Assembly: GCA_052426225.1 (NCBI GenBank)
Contig: JBNJNM010000021.1
Span: 2,232,001 to 2,296,000, forward strand
DNA length: 64,000 nt
Direction of reading: 5' to 3'
From: Zancudomyces culisetae HAW-14-8
Lineage: Eukaryota; Fungi; Kickxellomycota
Translations under genes and position numbers: made by a program
Shown here: positions 11,456 to 22,905 of the stretch, piece after piece
Layout of the letters: each line of letters begins with the position of its first letter
How positions within the stretch are numbered: position 1 is the stretch's first letter
Notes under the pieces: generated by a model
What the model saw: the letters and a program-made list of their open reading frames with translations, nothing else
The model's database searches: none
What the model was told of the DNA's origin: nothing

Positions 11456-14242
11456 TTAATGAGAATTAAATTGTGTAAAAGACTCGATGTTTTCCAATTG
11501 CTTTTTAGCTAGTGCCGCCCGATCGTCCAGTCGCTGTACCTCCCAGTTAGCCAGTGCAAGTTCAAATGCAGATTTCCTCGCCTTTGCCGAAAGCGCGGCT
11601 TCGGTGTTGATTAGTGCTTGCATTTCATTGTTGAACTTGGCAGACTCGTTGAGAAAAGGCGCACAGGTTTTCATTGTTATTTCCATAGCAGCGTTGAAAA
11701 TGGGTTTTGGTGCTGTTGTCAATGAATTTTTCAGATATAAAGTCAAGAGTTGTGTTTCCTTCTCTACCTCTGGTAATGAAGTTGGTACTGATACCTCTGA
11801 CTGTTTTTGTTGTTGTTGTATATTTACATTTGCTTCAATACTCCCTAATGTCCTAGGTGTCACAGCCCCACCAGAAGTTGGTACATGTGATATCATATCT
11901 GGCCTAGAATTATTGTTATTCTGAATGTCAGATGTCTGTATTGGTAAAACTGGTGGTCTAATATGCGACATCTGCTGTAGAGAAAGTGGAGGAGGTGGCG
12001 GAATATGTGGATGAGAAAATGTTGGAGGATGAAGATGTGGTGGTGGTGGGAATGGAGGATGGGTATGAGTGTGAGAGTGGGAGTGGGAGTGGGAGTGAGT
12101 GTGAGAGTGAGGGTGATGGTGTGGGTGAGGGGGATGATGAGGAGGAAGTGATGATAGAGGAAGAGGTGGTGGTGGGGGTGGTGGAATAGACGGAGGTGGA
12201 GGCGGTGGGGGTGGTGGAATAGTAGGCGGTGGAGGTGGAGGCGGAGGAACAGAAGGTGGGGGTGGGGGTGGCGCAGATGGTAAAGGTGGCTGTTGCTGTT
12301 GCTGTTGCTGTTGTTGTTGCTGTTGTTGTTGTTGGCCTCCTTTATCTGCAAGTATCTCACTACCTTGTTCTGCAGATGAATTAGTTTGGAAGGTACTTTC
12401 ATCGGGCTTAGGCTGCTGATTACTGCTTTCTGCACCAACTGCTTCTCTACTATTTTCCTCAGCCTCCATCTGTCCTAAAAATTCTCCTCTATTCCTTTCC
12501 CTTTCCCTTTCCCTTTCCCTATCTCTATCTCTATCTCTATCTCTATCCCTGTCCCTATCTCTATCCCTATCCCTGTCCCTGTCCCTATCCCTATCCCTTT
12601 CTCTATCTCTACTCTGCTGTGCGTCCTGCAAACCACTTTGTTCATTGTCGTCAAGTCGAGCAGCTCCATTACCACTCTCCTGTTCTGCGGCTTCATTGTA
12701 CCCTGAGTCTGATGTCCTTCTTCGCTTTCCATAGCTATACGATTGTGAACCTGAATAGTAATATCGCTCTCCTCGCCCCAATCCCGCATCTCCACCTTCG
12801 TAATAATCATAGCCCCGATAATCATACCCTGTTGTTCCATATCGGCTATCATATCCCCCTCCACGTCTGTAACCACCTCCCCCACTACTACCTTGCTCAT
12901 AATAATATCCTCTGGGTCTTCGCATTCGATACTCATAGTCATAAACCACTCCTCCTCCTCCTCCTCCTCTTACTGTCCCCTCCTCGCCCGTCTCTGCCAC
13001 TGGTCTTCGATACCTTCCTCCTCTGTCCTTAACTTCCTCTTCCCGCCGTCTCTCCCTAGGCACATCGTCTATATCTATTTCTTTATCCTCATCTTCCTCT
13101 ACATCTTCATCCTCCCTTTTTCTCGTCACCCGTCTTCCAAGACTACTATTCGAGCTTGCCCTGCTCTCACTATACCTATCTCTCACTCTTTTCCTTCTAA
13201 TATCCATCAACCTCTTCCTTCTCTCAAGTCTCAACTCTGCCTCTCTTCTTTCCTCTATTTCTACATCCTCCATCCCATCTGTCTCCCCTTCCTCTACCTC
13301 CTCTTCTTTTTTCTTTGCTGCCTCGTCAACTGTCTCTATATCCACTACCAACTCCTCTTCCTCTACCGTTTCTATATCAATCATCTCCTCCTCCCCTTCC
13401 GCCTTTTCCTTGACCTTTTTCTCCTCCTCGACTGGCCCTGGACTCTTCTCTCTGAATTCTTCGTGCTCCCTGTTTTTGTCCCCTTCCTTCTCTCGTTCCC
13501 CGTCTCGGTAGTAATCATCGTATTCATCTCGATATCTATATCGCTCGCTATACCGTCTACCGAACTCATAATCCCTAAATCCTCCTCCTCCTCCTCCTCC
13601 TCCTCCTCCTCCTCCTCTATACTCTTTTTTATATCTGTCCTCATATCGACCATATTCATATCTATCGCCTCGCCTTCTGCTCTCATCATATCTATATCCA
13701 TACCTATCTCTATCTCTATCTCTATCTCTATCTCTATCCCTATCCCTATCTTTTTCTCTGTATTTGGTCCTAACTCTATCTCTGTCATACTCTATCTCTC
13801 TAGCTCTTCTTCTATCTCTCTCTCTACTCCTCTCTCTACTCCGATCTCTATCCCTTTCCCTTTCCCTATCTTTATCTCTATCTCGCTCTCTGTCTCTATC
13901 CCTGTCCCTCTCTCTGTCTCTATCCCTAAATCTGTCTCTGTCATATTGTACATACTCATAATCATACAAATATCTCTCCCCAATTCGTCCCTTATCCTTC
14001 TCCGCATCGTATATCCCCTTATAATGCTCATCAGTCGCTTCTCCCCCTCCTTCTCCTTCTCCCCCCTCTTCTCTCATCCTCTCTTCATCGCCCTCTCCCT
14101 TTTCTTCCTCTTCCCTCCGTATGTTGCTCTTGTAGTACCAATCCTCCACTCTTGCCTCCTTCTTGATCTCTGGTTCAAGTTTTACGACCTCAATCTCCTC
14201 CTCCTCTTTCTCGTTTTCTTCTTTTTTCATACTTTCATCCAT
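11456..14242 (-). CDS. Low-complexity RD/RE-repeat, Gly/Tyr-rich, poly-Q/P/H protein with a C-terminal coiled coil (928 aa, function unknown)
   Basis: Long intronless ORF starting with ATG and with purine-rich coding bias. It has (RD)n tracts, an RGG/Y-rich block, poly-Q, poly-P and HS repeats, and an ordered helical C-terminus. Confidence 0.75.
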   Translation of the reverse strand: MDESMKKEENEKEEEEIEVVKLEPEIKKEARVEDWYYKSNIRREEEEKGEGDEERMREEGGEGEGGGEATDEHYKGIYDAEKDKGRIGERYLYDYEYVQYDRDRFRDRDRERDRDRDRERDRDKDRERERDRDRSRERSRERDRRRAREIEYDRDRVRTKYREKDRDRDRDRDRDRDRDRYGYRYDESRRRGDRYEYGRYEDRYKKEYRGGGGGGGGGGGGFRDYEFGRRYSERYRYRDEYDDYYRDGEREKEGDKNREHEEFREKSPGPVEEEKKVKEKAEGEEEMIDIETVEEEELVVDIETVDEAAKKKEEEVEEGETDGMEDVEIEERREAELRLERRKRLMDIRRKRVRDRYSESRASSNSSLGRRVTRKREDEDVEEDEDKEIDIDDVPRERRREEEVKDRGGRYRRPVAETGEEGTVRGGGGGGVVYDYEYRMRRPRGYYYEQGSSGGGGYRRGGGYDSRYGTTGYDYRGYDYYEGGDAGLGRGERYYYSGSQSYSYGKRRRTSDSGYNEAAEQESGNGAARLDDNEQSGLQDAQQSRDRERDRDRDRDRDRDRDRDRDRDRDRDRDRERERERERNRGEFLGQMEAEENSREAVGAESSNQQPKPDESTFQTNSSAEQGSEILADKGGQQQQQQQQQQQQQQQPPLPSAPPPPPPSVPPPPPPPPTIPPPPPPPPPSIPPPPPPPLPLSSLPPHHPPHPHHHPHSHTHSHSHSHSHTHTHPPFPPPPHLHPPTFSHPHIPPPPPLSLQQMSHIRPPVLPIQTSDIQNNNNSRPDMISHVPTSGGAVTPRTLGSIEANVNIQQQQKQSEVSVPTSLPEVEKETQLLTLYLKNSLTTAPKPIFNAAMEITMKTCAPFLNESAKFNNEMQALINTEAALSAKARKSAFELALANWEVQRLDDRAALAKKQLENIESFTQFNSH
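12484..12610. repeat. Hexamer microsatellite (CTCTAT/CCCTAT/CCCTGT/CCCTTT)n encoding (RD/RE)n; similar tracts at about 13707-13750 and 13845-13925
   Basis: Tandem 6-mers are directly visible. Confidence 0.9.
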
Positions 14243-14972
14243 TATCTTGTATTTATTGTACTAGTATCTTTGCATTTTTCTTTTCTTTTCCCTAATTTCC
14301 TTTTCACTCGAATTTGTTTGTAGACTCCTGCTATATAGCCTTATTATTTTTTTTTACCTTTATTTTTTTATAATTCCAAAAAAAAAAAGCTGTTATAGTT
14401 TGCATTTTTTTAAACCTGTAAAATATCCCAGATTTTTTCACCACTGCTTTGGTTTTTCAACTTGACCGTAAAAATTTCTAAAATTGGGTACATTTTGTCA
14501 ATATTTTTGTTTTATGTTCAATTTTTCGCGTTTTCTCATTTTCTTGTCATTTTATTTACCAGTTAAAAATCGCCCCAATATACTACAATAATAATGTTGT
14601 TGTTGATGTTAAACTTTGCCAAGTTTATAACTGAACCAGAATAATATATCTGCTGTATTAAAATAGTTTTTATTTGATTAATGTCATCAAACCTACTTTT
14701 TTTATTATTATTAGCCACAAGGGATGTTATTCAAACCTACAATCGTTCTACATCCGATCTCTTAACGCAACATTGAATCAAAACTAATCAAAACTGTACT
14801 TTATTACTTCCATCTATCTGTTTGCAAAAAAAAAAGAACTAATTCTCCTCATCTTTTCCTCACACTCTTTTTTTTTTAATAAAAAGAATGAATATATGAA
14901 TAGATAAGCAAACATGAGCATTTTAGGCTCTAGAGTTTAGGTTTTAAACTTTGGCTTTAGGTCTAGTGCTAA

Positions 14973-15407
14973 CTATACAAGTACTATTGGAATCCCCATC
15001 CACTTCTTGTGGGCTCCTAAAGCACCGGTGCTACCCAGCAATTGATTTATTTTATTCATAACTTCATTGTTATTACCGGTGCTTCCAACAATGTCAGTAG
15101 CGTTATTCCCCTTCAAACCCCCATTTACAGTTCCATTCATGATTGATGTCGAGTTGTTTGTATCGGTTTCGTTAAATCCCTGCCCTAAAAACCGCAAGAT
15201 CTCATCAACTTCCACATTCCCACTACTATTCAACATGAGTATTCCAGCTGGATTTAATACCTTTGTTGATTCTATGACCTCAACCCCTCGCCGGTACATA
15301 TATGGTCTGCGCCATCCTCTATATTTCAGTGGCGTGGGTACACCATTTACTAGTCCTAGTACTCCTAAATAGAAGGATACCAATACCCTTGTTGTTGCAA
15401 ATTTCAT
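14973..15407 (-). CDS. Small secreted orphan protein (144 aa)
   Basis: Signal-peptide-like start MKFATTRVLVSFYLGVLGLVNG|VP, two RR dibasic sites, Asn-rich with several N-x-S/T sequons. Confidence 0.6.
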   Translation of the reverse strand: MKFATTRVLVSFYLGVLGLVNGVPTPLKYRGWRRPYMYRRGVEVIESTKVLNPAGILMLNSSGNVEVDEILRFLGQGFNETDTNNSTSIMNGTVNGGLKGNNATDIVGSTGNNNEVMNKINQLLGSTGALGAHKKWMGIPIVLV

Positions 15408-18278
15408 CGTTATATTCTTTTTTTATTACAAATATTAGATATTCTATACTATTATCCCAAAGAATCTTGATGTTTAATATTTTCTGTCATCAGGTGCTTT
15501 AAAGCAGAACTGTACGAAGTTTTATATAAATACACAAATAAGTTGACATATTTAAGAGTATACAGCCTATATTTAAGCCTTGACAAATGCAAATAACCTC
15601 ACTTTCTCCTTCAAAAATAAAAAAAAACTCACTAAATGAGCCATTTACCCTACTATACCTACCACCCCCCCCCCCCCTCCACCTCCACCCAATGCAATTT
15701 TTAGTAAATGTTACGATATCCACCAAGCTAACCCTATTTTACCACACTTCCATACTTTTACCTATATACTCTTGATTTCTATATCACCCAAGTATTAATA
15801 TAACACTCATTTTTATAAAAGTTGATGTTGTGAACTTGAAAACAAAGCATCTAGTAATTTTTTTTTATAAATTTGTAGTTAAAAAAAAAGAAATCTGTGA
15901 TCCTCAAGGCTGAAGACAATAGAGTCTCGGGTTTAGCTTAATATTGGTTATGCTTATCTTCATGAGAATAAGTTTTAGAGTATAACTACTGTTAATACTC
16001 TTTCAATGCGCACATGATATCTTTCATAGCCTCATTTTCCATAACTAAATATTAGACTCTGATAACATTTTATCTTTTTTTGACCATACCTCTCATATGA
16101 TATGAAATATATTCCCTGCCCTCCAGCCACAAATCCGAACTGAAGTATAAAGCGTTCTTTTTTTCTTCTGTATATCAGCCTATTATATACGTATTTGAGA
16201 TTATTCTAGTAAATCTTTTACTCTGGCTTCTGCGACTGTATTTACATATCAAAATCACGGTTCTGGTTACGGTTGTTTACATATATTTTTACAATAGCCT
16301 TTCGTATCCCTTGGAAATACCTTTTATTTATCTTTGCGTGTTTCTTGAGTTTTTATTATCCACCTTGTTTGGTTTTCAAAGTAGATTATATATTGTCAGT
16401 ATTACACTTTTAGAAAATAATACTAGAAACGTGGTCAACTTTATAATTGCGATTTAAATCATCTATTTTAAAAGGGATGTGTATTCCTAAATCTCACTTT
16501 TTTTTTCTCAAGCCTACTAGATATATTTATGTAAGCTTGATTATTCTATAATTTATCCTAATAGCCTACCAGTCTAGCTAGTCATTGGATAGACCTCAAG
16601 TTCCAGACTCCAGACTTCAGACCCCAGGCTTATAAATTTGTGAGTGTACGCTTTCATTATACTCGTAGTATCGTTTAGACTCATATCCTTTGTAATAGGT
16701 GTAAATCGAATAGAGAAGCATTGAACGAGACTGCTCTAATAGCAGTTCTTCCACTTTTGTAATAAATGTTACAACACATTATTACACAGAAATTCTTTAC
16801 TAGCTACTCTTCCCTGCCCCTTCTTTTACCTTTGCCTGAGAATTATCACATCACACACTACAATTATTAAATAATTAAAAAATTAATTATCAAAAGGCAC
16901 TGTTGTTATCATATAAAAAGTTTTATAGATGCTTATACCATGCATATATCTAATGAAATATTAAATCTATGATAATAGTAAAAATATGTAACATTAGAAC
17001 CTAGGGCCACACTTGTGCAACTGCAACTAGAATTGAATACTTTATGTTGACATCGTTTTTAGTGTATCAAAGCTGTTGGTTTTAATACTATTATTGGTTA
17101 GCACTTTTTTTTTAAAAGGTGAGGTGGTAATAGTAGCATTATTTCAAATTTGCAGTCCAATACCATTAAATAAAATATACTGGATACGATGGCTTTGTGC
17201 TGATACCAAGTGCTGGCGTTGATGATATCCTTCAAAGATAATTATTTACACTATTTCTCTTGACCTCTTGTAAAAAAGGATGATTACATTTATGTGTTTG
17301 GGCTATCAAGAAGATCAAGCAATTGACTGTTAAAGAAGATCGCAATAACAGGTCAAGAGTTGCGATTTTTTACTGTACATTCTATTTACTTTTTTTTTTT
17401 TGGAGAAGGTGTAGAGGGAAATACAAGGGGGAAAGAAAAATATGAAAATTTTTGGGTGCGTTAGTGTGTCAAAAGGCCTTTACTATTATGGGAGGTGTAT
17501 TTTCTTCAAATATGTGGCTTGTATATACCTTAATTATTGATGGTTAACCACAATCAGTATCTGAAAGTGTGTAATTAGAAAATTCAGATAAAAAGATAAA
17601 ACGAAACAAAAGCGATGTTCCAATATGGTTGCGGAGGTGTATTGTTCTTATATCACTTATAATATTTAAAACAACTTGTACAACAAATATACCTTTTAAA
17701 TGTGTATGTGGAGGGAGGAGGACGTGCTTGATAGGTGTGAGCTTGTTAAATTTTATTTGTTACTTCTTGACACTGAGTATTATTGTTTTCGAGTTGTGAT
17801 CAATAAAGGATAAAAAAAAGTCGAAATTGTAGGTTTTGTTTGGACCGCCTTTTCGTTATTTGGCCAATTTGGTGTAGTAAACAAAAAATAACAATAATGA
17901 TTTGTAAACAAATAGGTGCAAATATGCAAGTAAATGAGCAAATCGATAAGCTTGCAGTAGATTAGCGAAGGAAATTAATCGATACGAGTTGGTAATTGGA
18001 GGAAGTTATTGGCCAGGCGGAAACGCCAGATAAAATTGAACCAAATCTGGTGAATCAAAAGCAGAATATAGTGGCAAAGAAAGAAATACATGAAAAAAAA
18101 ACGAATCTCCTAATGGTGTTTTTGTTGACCAAGACAAGTCAAAAAAAAAAGGTCCGACTTTATTTTTATTACGTCTTAAAACGTACCTGTGAAATTTCAA
18201 AAAGCCAACTATTTAATAATAAAGAAAGCCCGCAAAGTAGAGGAATATTAGGGGACACAGAACAATTGAAATGACAAA

Positions 18279-21200
18279 ATGAATCCGTTTGGCGACTTTA
18301 ATGGCGATGTCTACAGTGACAAAAACAAAAATGAACGAAAACCGGTTGAACCCACAAGCTCTAGCACAATTAACCTGATTAGCCCGCTCCAAGGCTCATT
18401 AGCACGGCAAGAGCCAGAGAATGCACAGAGAGGAAGTGGCATTGGTAGTGGATTTGGAAGCGTAGGAAGTACCGTGGGAGCAATCAAAACTTCGCTTAAC
18501 ACATATTGGAAACCCACAGATACAGAAAACGCAACATATGAGCAGTATTTTAGGATGTTTGACACGGGAAATAAAGGAACAGTGACGATCCAAGAAACGA
18601 AAGAGTTCTTCAAAAGAAGTCTTCTTGAAGATAGTGTGCTGAATAAAATACAATGGCTTTCAGATAGTCAACAGAAGGGCTACCTAAATAAGGACGAGTT
18701 TAAAATATATCTAAAACTAATTTCTCTGGCACAAAACAAGGAAAACGTAAGTCTAGCAAATCTCGACAAAAAAGTGGACCTACCGAAACTTTATGGAGTC
18801 AAAAGCCCAGTGGAAAAGAATGAAACAATTAGTAGAAATGGCAGTACATCACGAAGCGTTTTCGGTGAGGATGATCTGGATATAGGGGTTGGAGAGCTGA
18901 AACAGTATGAGAGCTTATTTTACAAAAACAATGGAGGTGGTAATAGAATAGATGGTGAGATAGCAAAGGTGATGATGTTGAAATCGAATCTTGGTGGAGA
19001 AGAGTTGAATGGTATTTGGAAGTTATCCAATCCATATAATTTAGACTACATGGATAAAAGAGGATTTTTAACGGCGATGTATTATATCCGACGTTTTATG
19101 AACGGGAAGATAAGCAAGGTTCCAATAACTGTACCAGAAAAGCTACAAAAGGCGATGATCGACTTTTGCATTGATTCTCCTCACGAAAAAAAAGAGACAC
19201 AAACATTTGATGGTAGAAAAATCACGGAACGCATGAATGAGTCTGTTTGGAAAATTTCTGAGCAAGATGAAGCAAAATACAGTGGAATGTTTGAAAATCT
19301 AGATAAAGCGAGAGCTGGAGAGCTTGCGGGAGGGGTGCTGGTTGATTACTTTAAACAATCGGGACTTGATGATAATGAGCTGGCAACAGTGTGGGGTATA
19401 ACAGATGTTGGATCAAAAGGGAAGTTAACAAAGCCAGAGTTTGTAATTGCTATGGTATTAATTAACAAAAGGCTGCATGAGAATGTTGGCATCCCTATAG
19501 AGCTGCCAGCCACCTATTTGACTTATATCAATGAGCACAACTCCAAGAAAACTAGTATTTTTGGACAGGAACTAGAAAGTATAGGGGTGAAAAGAAGCAA
19601 AACAACCATGCGATTTGCTCACTCGGGCTCTACAAGCCCTCATTACAGATCGACTGACCTTGGGTCGGTTAAATCACAGCAGGTTCAGCAAGGTAAAGAT
19701 AAAATTAGAGAATTGGAGACATTGCTGGCTCAGAAGACACAGGAGATGGAGGAAAATAGCAGCTTACGAAATTCAGTAAATGTGTTATTAGCATCGGTTG
19801 AAACAGAAAAACAAAACCTCATGATGAAAATCGAGGCTTGTAACTCAACTTTGGAGATAGAAAAGCGGATTATAGGCGAACTCCAAGCGAAATTACAACA
19901 GGAAAGGATTGTTTTGGATGACTTGAATAAGAAGTGCCAGATGGGATCTGTCATGTTAGAACAGGGCCAAGAGCAGAAAAGGGATCTTGTTGAGAAGATA
20001 AGAGGGATTACAGCGGAGCTGAACGATATCAGAATACAACAAACAGAAAAGCAGAACGAGAATAACAACATACTTCAAGATATACAAGAATTGAGCCATA
20101 AATCAGCGGAATTGGAGAAAGAAGTTGCTTTTGAAAGGAATGTCTTTTCTGAGCTGGAACAAAAAATAGGCGAGAATGATAAAACAAAGGGCGAGTTGGA
20201 GTCAAAGTTCCAACTAAAACAACAGGAGCACAGCTCACTTAAACAAAAAACGCACGAGTCCGAAGCCGTTATAAGGGCACAAGAAGATGAGCTTAAAGAT
20301 CTGAAGGGACGTATGGTTGTCCTTGAAGATGAATTGCAGCGAGAGATTGAGAAGCAAAAGGAATTGATCCGAACTCACGAGAGAATTCAAAAGGAATTGG
20401 AATTGGAGCTGGAAAGAGAAAAAGAGATGGAGAATAAGCAGAAGGAACTCAGAAAGTCAGTGTTGGAACTGGAATCTACATTAAGCGAAACAAAAATAAA
20501 GGAAAAAGGAAGTGAAAGGGAAAAGGAGGACGGTGATGAAGATGAAGATGAAAACGAAGAGAAGGATGAAAAGAGAGTTGAGGGCACTGGTGACCATGAA
20601 CAAGGAAAAGGTGATATTTTGGATATAATAGAGAAAGAAAAAAATGTTACGAATGAAAATAAAGCCGCTTTGGTAAATGTTGAACCCATTGGCGACCCGG
20701 AAGGTGAGAAGCTCTCAGAAAAAGAACCAGAGGAGGCAAAAAAAGAAGTACTAGAGATGGCGCAGAGTGTAGAACGAAGGGATGCATACGAAATGTTAGG
20801 CGAAACAGGCGAATCCGGAAACAAGGGACTTGGAATCACAGTTGAGGCGCAAATGGAAGGAGATGCCGGGCATAAAGAGAAGGTAGAAGTAGATGAGGAG
20901 CAAAAAGAAAAACAGGATATAGTGATAGAGCAAAAGCCGCATATTAACGCCAATGAAATGTCCACTGAGAAGCCCGCTCAAGGAAAACCCTCACACATAA
21001 TGAATAATGAAACATTAAAGTTGGACCATGATAATCACACAACTACAACTACAACTACAACTACACATACAACCGAACCCTCAACGCTTTTACCTTCCCA
21101 AAAGGAAAGCAAGGCCAATATCACATCAACTGCTCCTCTAATCCCTCTCGAAACCACTGATAGCGAGAGCTCCTCAGAACCTGATCAGCGGGTCTCTGTG

Positions 21201-22667
21201 TCTAGTAACCAGCTTGATACATCCAATCTAGGATTTACCAGCTTTGCGCTGGATTCATCACCTTTGTCGGTATCTAAAAAACACAACGCTGACGCCAACG
21301 CAAATGCCAATTTCAACAAACGTAGTTTACAGAACGAGCTTGATTCAGATCGTGGTAGCGATTCGTCCTCCGTGTCCGAGCTGGAAAATATCGCTTTATC
21401 TCATATAAAACCAATTGATAAAGCCACTTCGCATGACCCTGAGTTCAGCGAAAGATTCCCTGCTAGCTTAGTTGGGGCTGGCGACTCGGTAGCCAACGAG
21501 GGAAACAGGCTAAAAGATGAGTTTGACTTACTATTTGAGAATCTGAATCCCAACTCTTCCAAACTCATTCCCGATCGCCAAAAATCTAACCCCATCGAAA
21601 CCGTTCGACCCAAAACCGGCTCTGATCTCGATTTTACAAACATCTTTGCTCCAAGTGCATCTTCTACACAACCGGACAATCTATTTTCGAATCCATTCGT
21701 CTTAGACTCCGAGCCTATCTCCACTGATAGAGATATTTACGATCCCTTCCTACGTATTGCCACATCTGCCGATGTACCAACCAGTTTCACATCCTCTCCT
21801 CCTCCTCCTATCTTTTCTGAAAACATCAATGATACTAAACCCAGTGCTTCAAAATCCACCAGATCTACTGCACTCACTACAGATTCAGTGCCACAGACTT
21901 CCGCCTTCCCTGTCCCCTCACCACAAAATCGTTTCTCCCTAACCAAGTTCAACTTCCAGGACCCTAAAATCGACCCTATTGATCTTCCTACTGATGTTGC
22001 TAATCCGCTTCCAAGTACCAAATCAAATGTCTCGTCTTTCGAAAACTCTACACACCACGATTCTCCCGAAGCCTCCCTCCCAACCCTGCATACTGTCAAC
22101 GCTGCAAAAACAAATTCCATAGAGATTAGCCCAGTGTTAGTGGTTGATGACTCGGGTGCGCAATCAAAAAAACTTGCCAACCGCAGAAAGTCCAAGTTCA
22201 ATTTTCTGAATATTTCCAACATTATTCCAACCAAGTCCTCCAAAAACAAGAAGGACAACGAAAGTGACTCAACTAAATCAAAGTCCAAAAAGAACAAATC
22301 ATCTCTCGGCTTTTCCAGAAGTAACACTGGCACTATTGGACGTGGTAATGGTGGTAGTGGTAGTAACAGTAGACAGGGATCTCGATCAAATTCTGGTGCC
22401 CCAACCAGCGACGATGTGCTTATCACTACTGCATTGCAAAACTCGCTGGCTGAACAGGAATACAACCAATCTTATGTTGAAAACAATATGACCGACGCTG
22501 ACAAAGCTATTTTGAAAAACCGTGACTGGTTTTCCAATCCAAACTGCCTGGTTACCTACCTGAACTTAAAAAACATGGGCTTTGAACCCTCTAAGGTTGC
22601 TGATGCTCTAGAACTGAACAACTTTAACTTTAATGTTGCTATGGATTATTTATTGAAAAACTCTTGA
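18279..22667 (+). CDS. EDE1: Eps15/Ede1-like endocytic scaffold (3 EH domains, coiled coil, NPF/DPF motifs, C-terminal UBA)
   Basis: EH repeats ('LNKIQWLSDSQQKGYLNKDEF', 'LNGIWKLS', 'LATVWGITDVGSKGKLTKPEFVIAM'), a long heptad region, and the UBA 'LKNMGFEPSKVADALELNNFNFNVAMDYLL'. Confidence 0.9.
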   Translation: MNPFGDFNGDVYSDKNKNERKPVEPTSSSTINLISPLQGSLARQEPENAQRGSGIGSGFGSVGSTVGAIKTSLNTYWKPTDTENATYEQYFRMFDTGNKGTVTIQETKEFFKRSLLEDSVLNKIQWLSDSQQKGYLNKDEFKIYLKLISLAQNKENVSLANLDKKVDLPKLYGVKSPVEKNETISRNGSTSRSVFGEDDLDIGVGELKQYESLFYKNNGGGNRIDGEIAKVMMLKSNLGGEELNGIWKLSNPYNLDYMDKRGFLTAMYYIRRFMNGKISKVPITVPEKLQKAMIDFCIDSPHEKKETQTFDGRKITERMNESVWKISEQDEAKYSGMFENLDKARAGELAGGVLVDYFKQSGLDDNELATVWGITDVGSKGKLTKPEFVIAMVLINKRLHENVGIPIELPATYLTYINEHNSKKTSIFGQELESIGVKRSKTTMRFAHSGSTSPHYRSTDLGSVKSQQVQQGKDKIRELETLLAQKTQEMEENSSLRNSVNVLLASVETEKQNLMMKIEACNSTLEIEKRIIGELQAKLQQERIVLDDLNKKCQMGSVMLEQGQEQKRDLVEKIRGITAELNDIRIQQTEKQNENNNILQDIQELSHKSAELEKEVAFERNVFSELEQKIGENDKTKGELESKFQLKQQEHSSLKQKTHESEAVIRAQEDELKDLKGRMVVLEDELQREIEKQKELIRTHERIQKELELELEREKEMENKQKELRKSVLELESTLSETKIKEKGSEREKEDGDEDEDENEEKDEKRVEGTGDHEQGKGDILDIIEKEKNVTNENKAALVNVEPIGDPEGEKLSEKEPEEAKKEVLEMAQSVERRDAYEMLGETGESGNKGLGITVEAQMEGDAGHKEKVEVDEEQKEKQDIVIEQKPHINANEMSTEKPAQGKPSHIMNNETLKLDHDNHTTTTTTTTTHTTEPSTLLPSQKESKANITSTAPLIPLETTDSESSSEPDQRVSVSSNQLDTSNLGFTSFALDSSPLSVSKKHNADANANANFNKRSLQNELDSDRGSDSSSVSELENIALSHIKPIDKATSHDPEFSERFPASLVGAGDSVANEGNRLKDEFDLLFENLNPNSSKLIPDRQKSNPIETVRPKTGSDLDFTNIFAPSASSTQPDNLFSNPFVLDSEPISTDRDIYDPFLRIATSADVPTSFTSSPPPPIFSENINDTKPSASKSTRSTALTTDSVPQTSAFPVPSPQNRFSLTKFNFQDPKIDPIDLPTDVANPLPSTKSNVSSFENSTHHDSPEASLPTLHTVNAAKTNSIEISPVLVVDDSGAQSKKLANRRKSKFNFLNISNIIPTKSSKNKKDNESDSTKSKSKKNKSSLGFSRSNTGTIGRGNGGSGSNSRQGSRSNSGAPTSDDVLITTALQNSLAEQEYNQSYVENNMTDADKAILKNRDWFSNPNCLVTYLNLKNMGFEPSKVADALELNNFNFNVAMDYLLKNS

Positions 22668-22905
22668 AGTCTTGACTTTTCCAATTTTGATAATTTATTT
22701 AGTATTATATACCAAATTACTATTATTTCTTTTAATAAAATTTGATTAAAAAAATAAAAGCTATAAGCGGCCTTCAAAAGTTACTGATGTCCTTAATACC
22801 CCTCATCCCCTTCAAAAAAAAGAAAAAAAAACAAAACAAAACAGAATCGAACTAAAGCTGGATAAACAGATAACTCAAAGTAATTCAACAATTATGACTG
22901 CCAAT

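Noticed and set aside
12893-14323. 476-aa plus-strand ORF and other ORFs overlapping the RD-repeat gene
   Set aside because: Antisense shadows of purine-rich microsatellite coding sequence (I/S/L repeats) that lack stops for compositional reasons.
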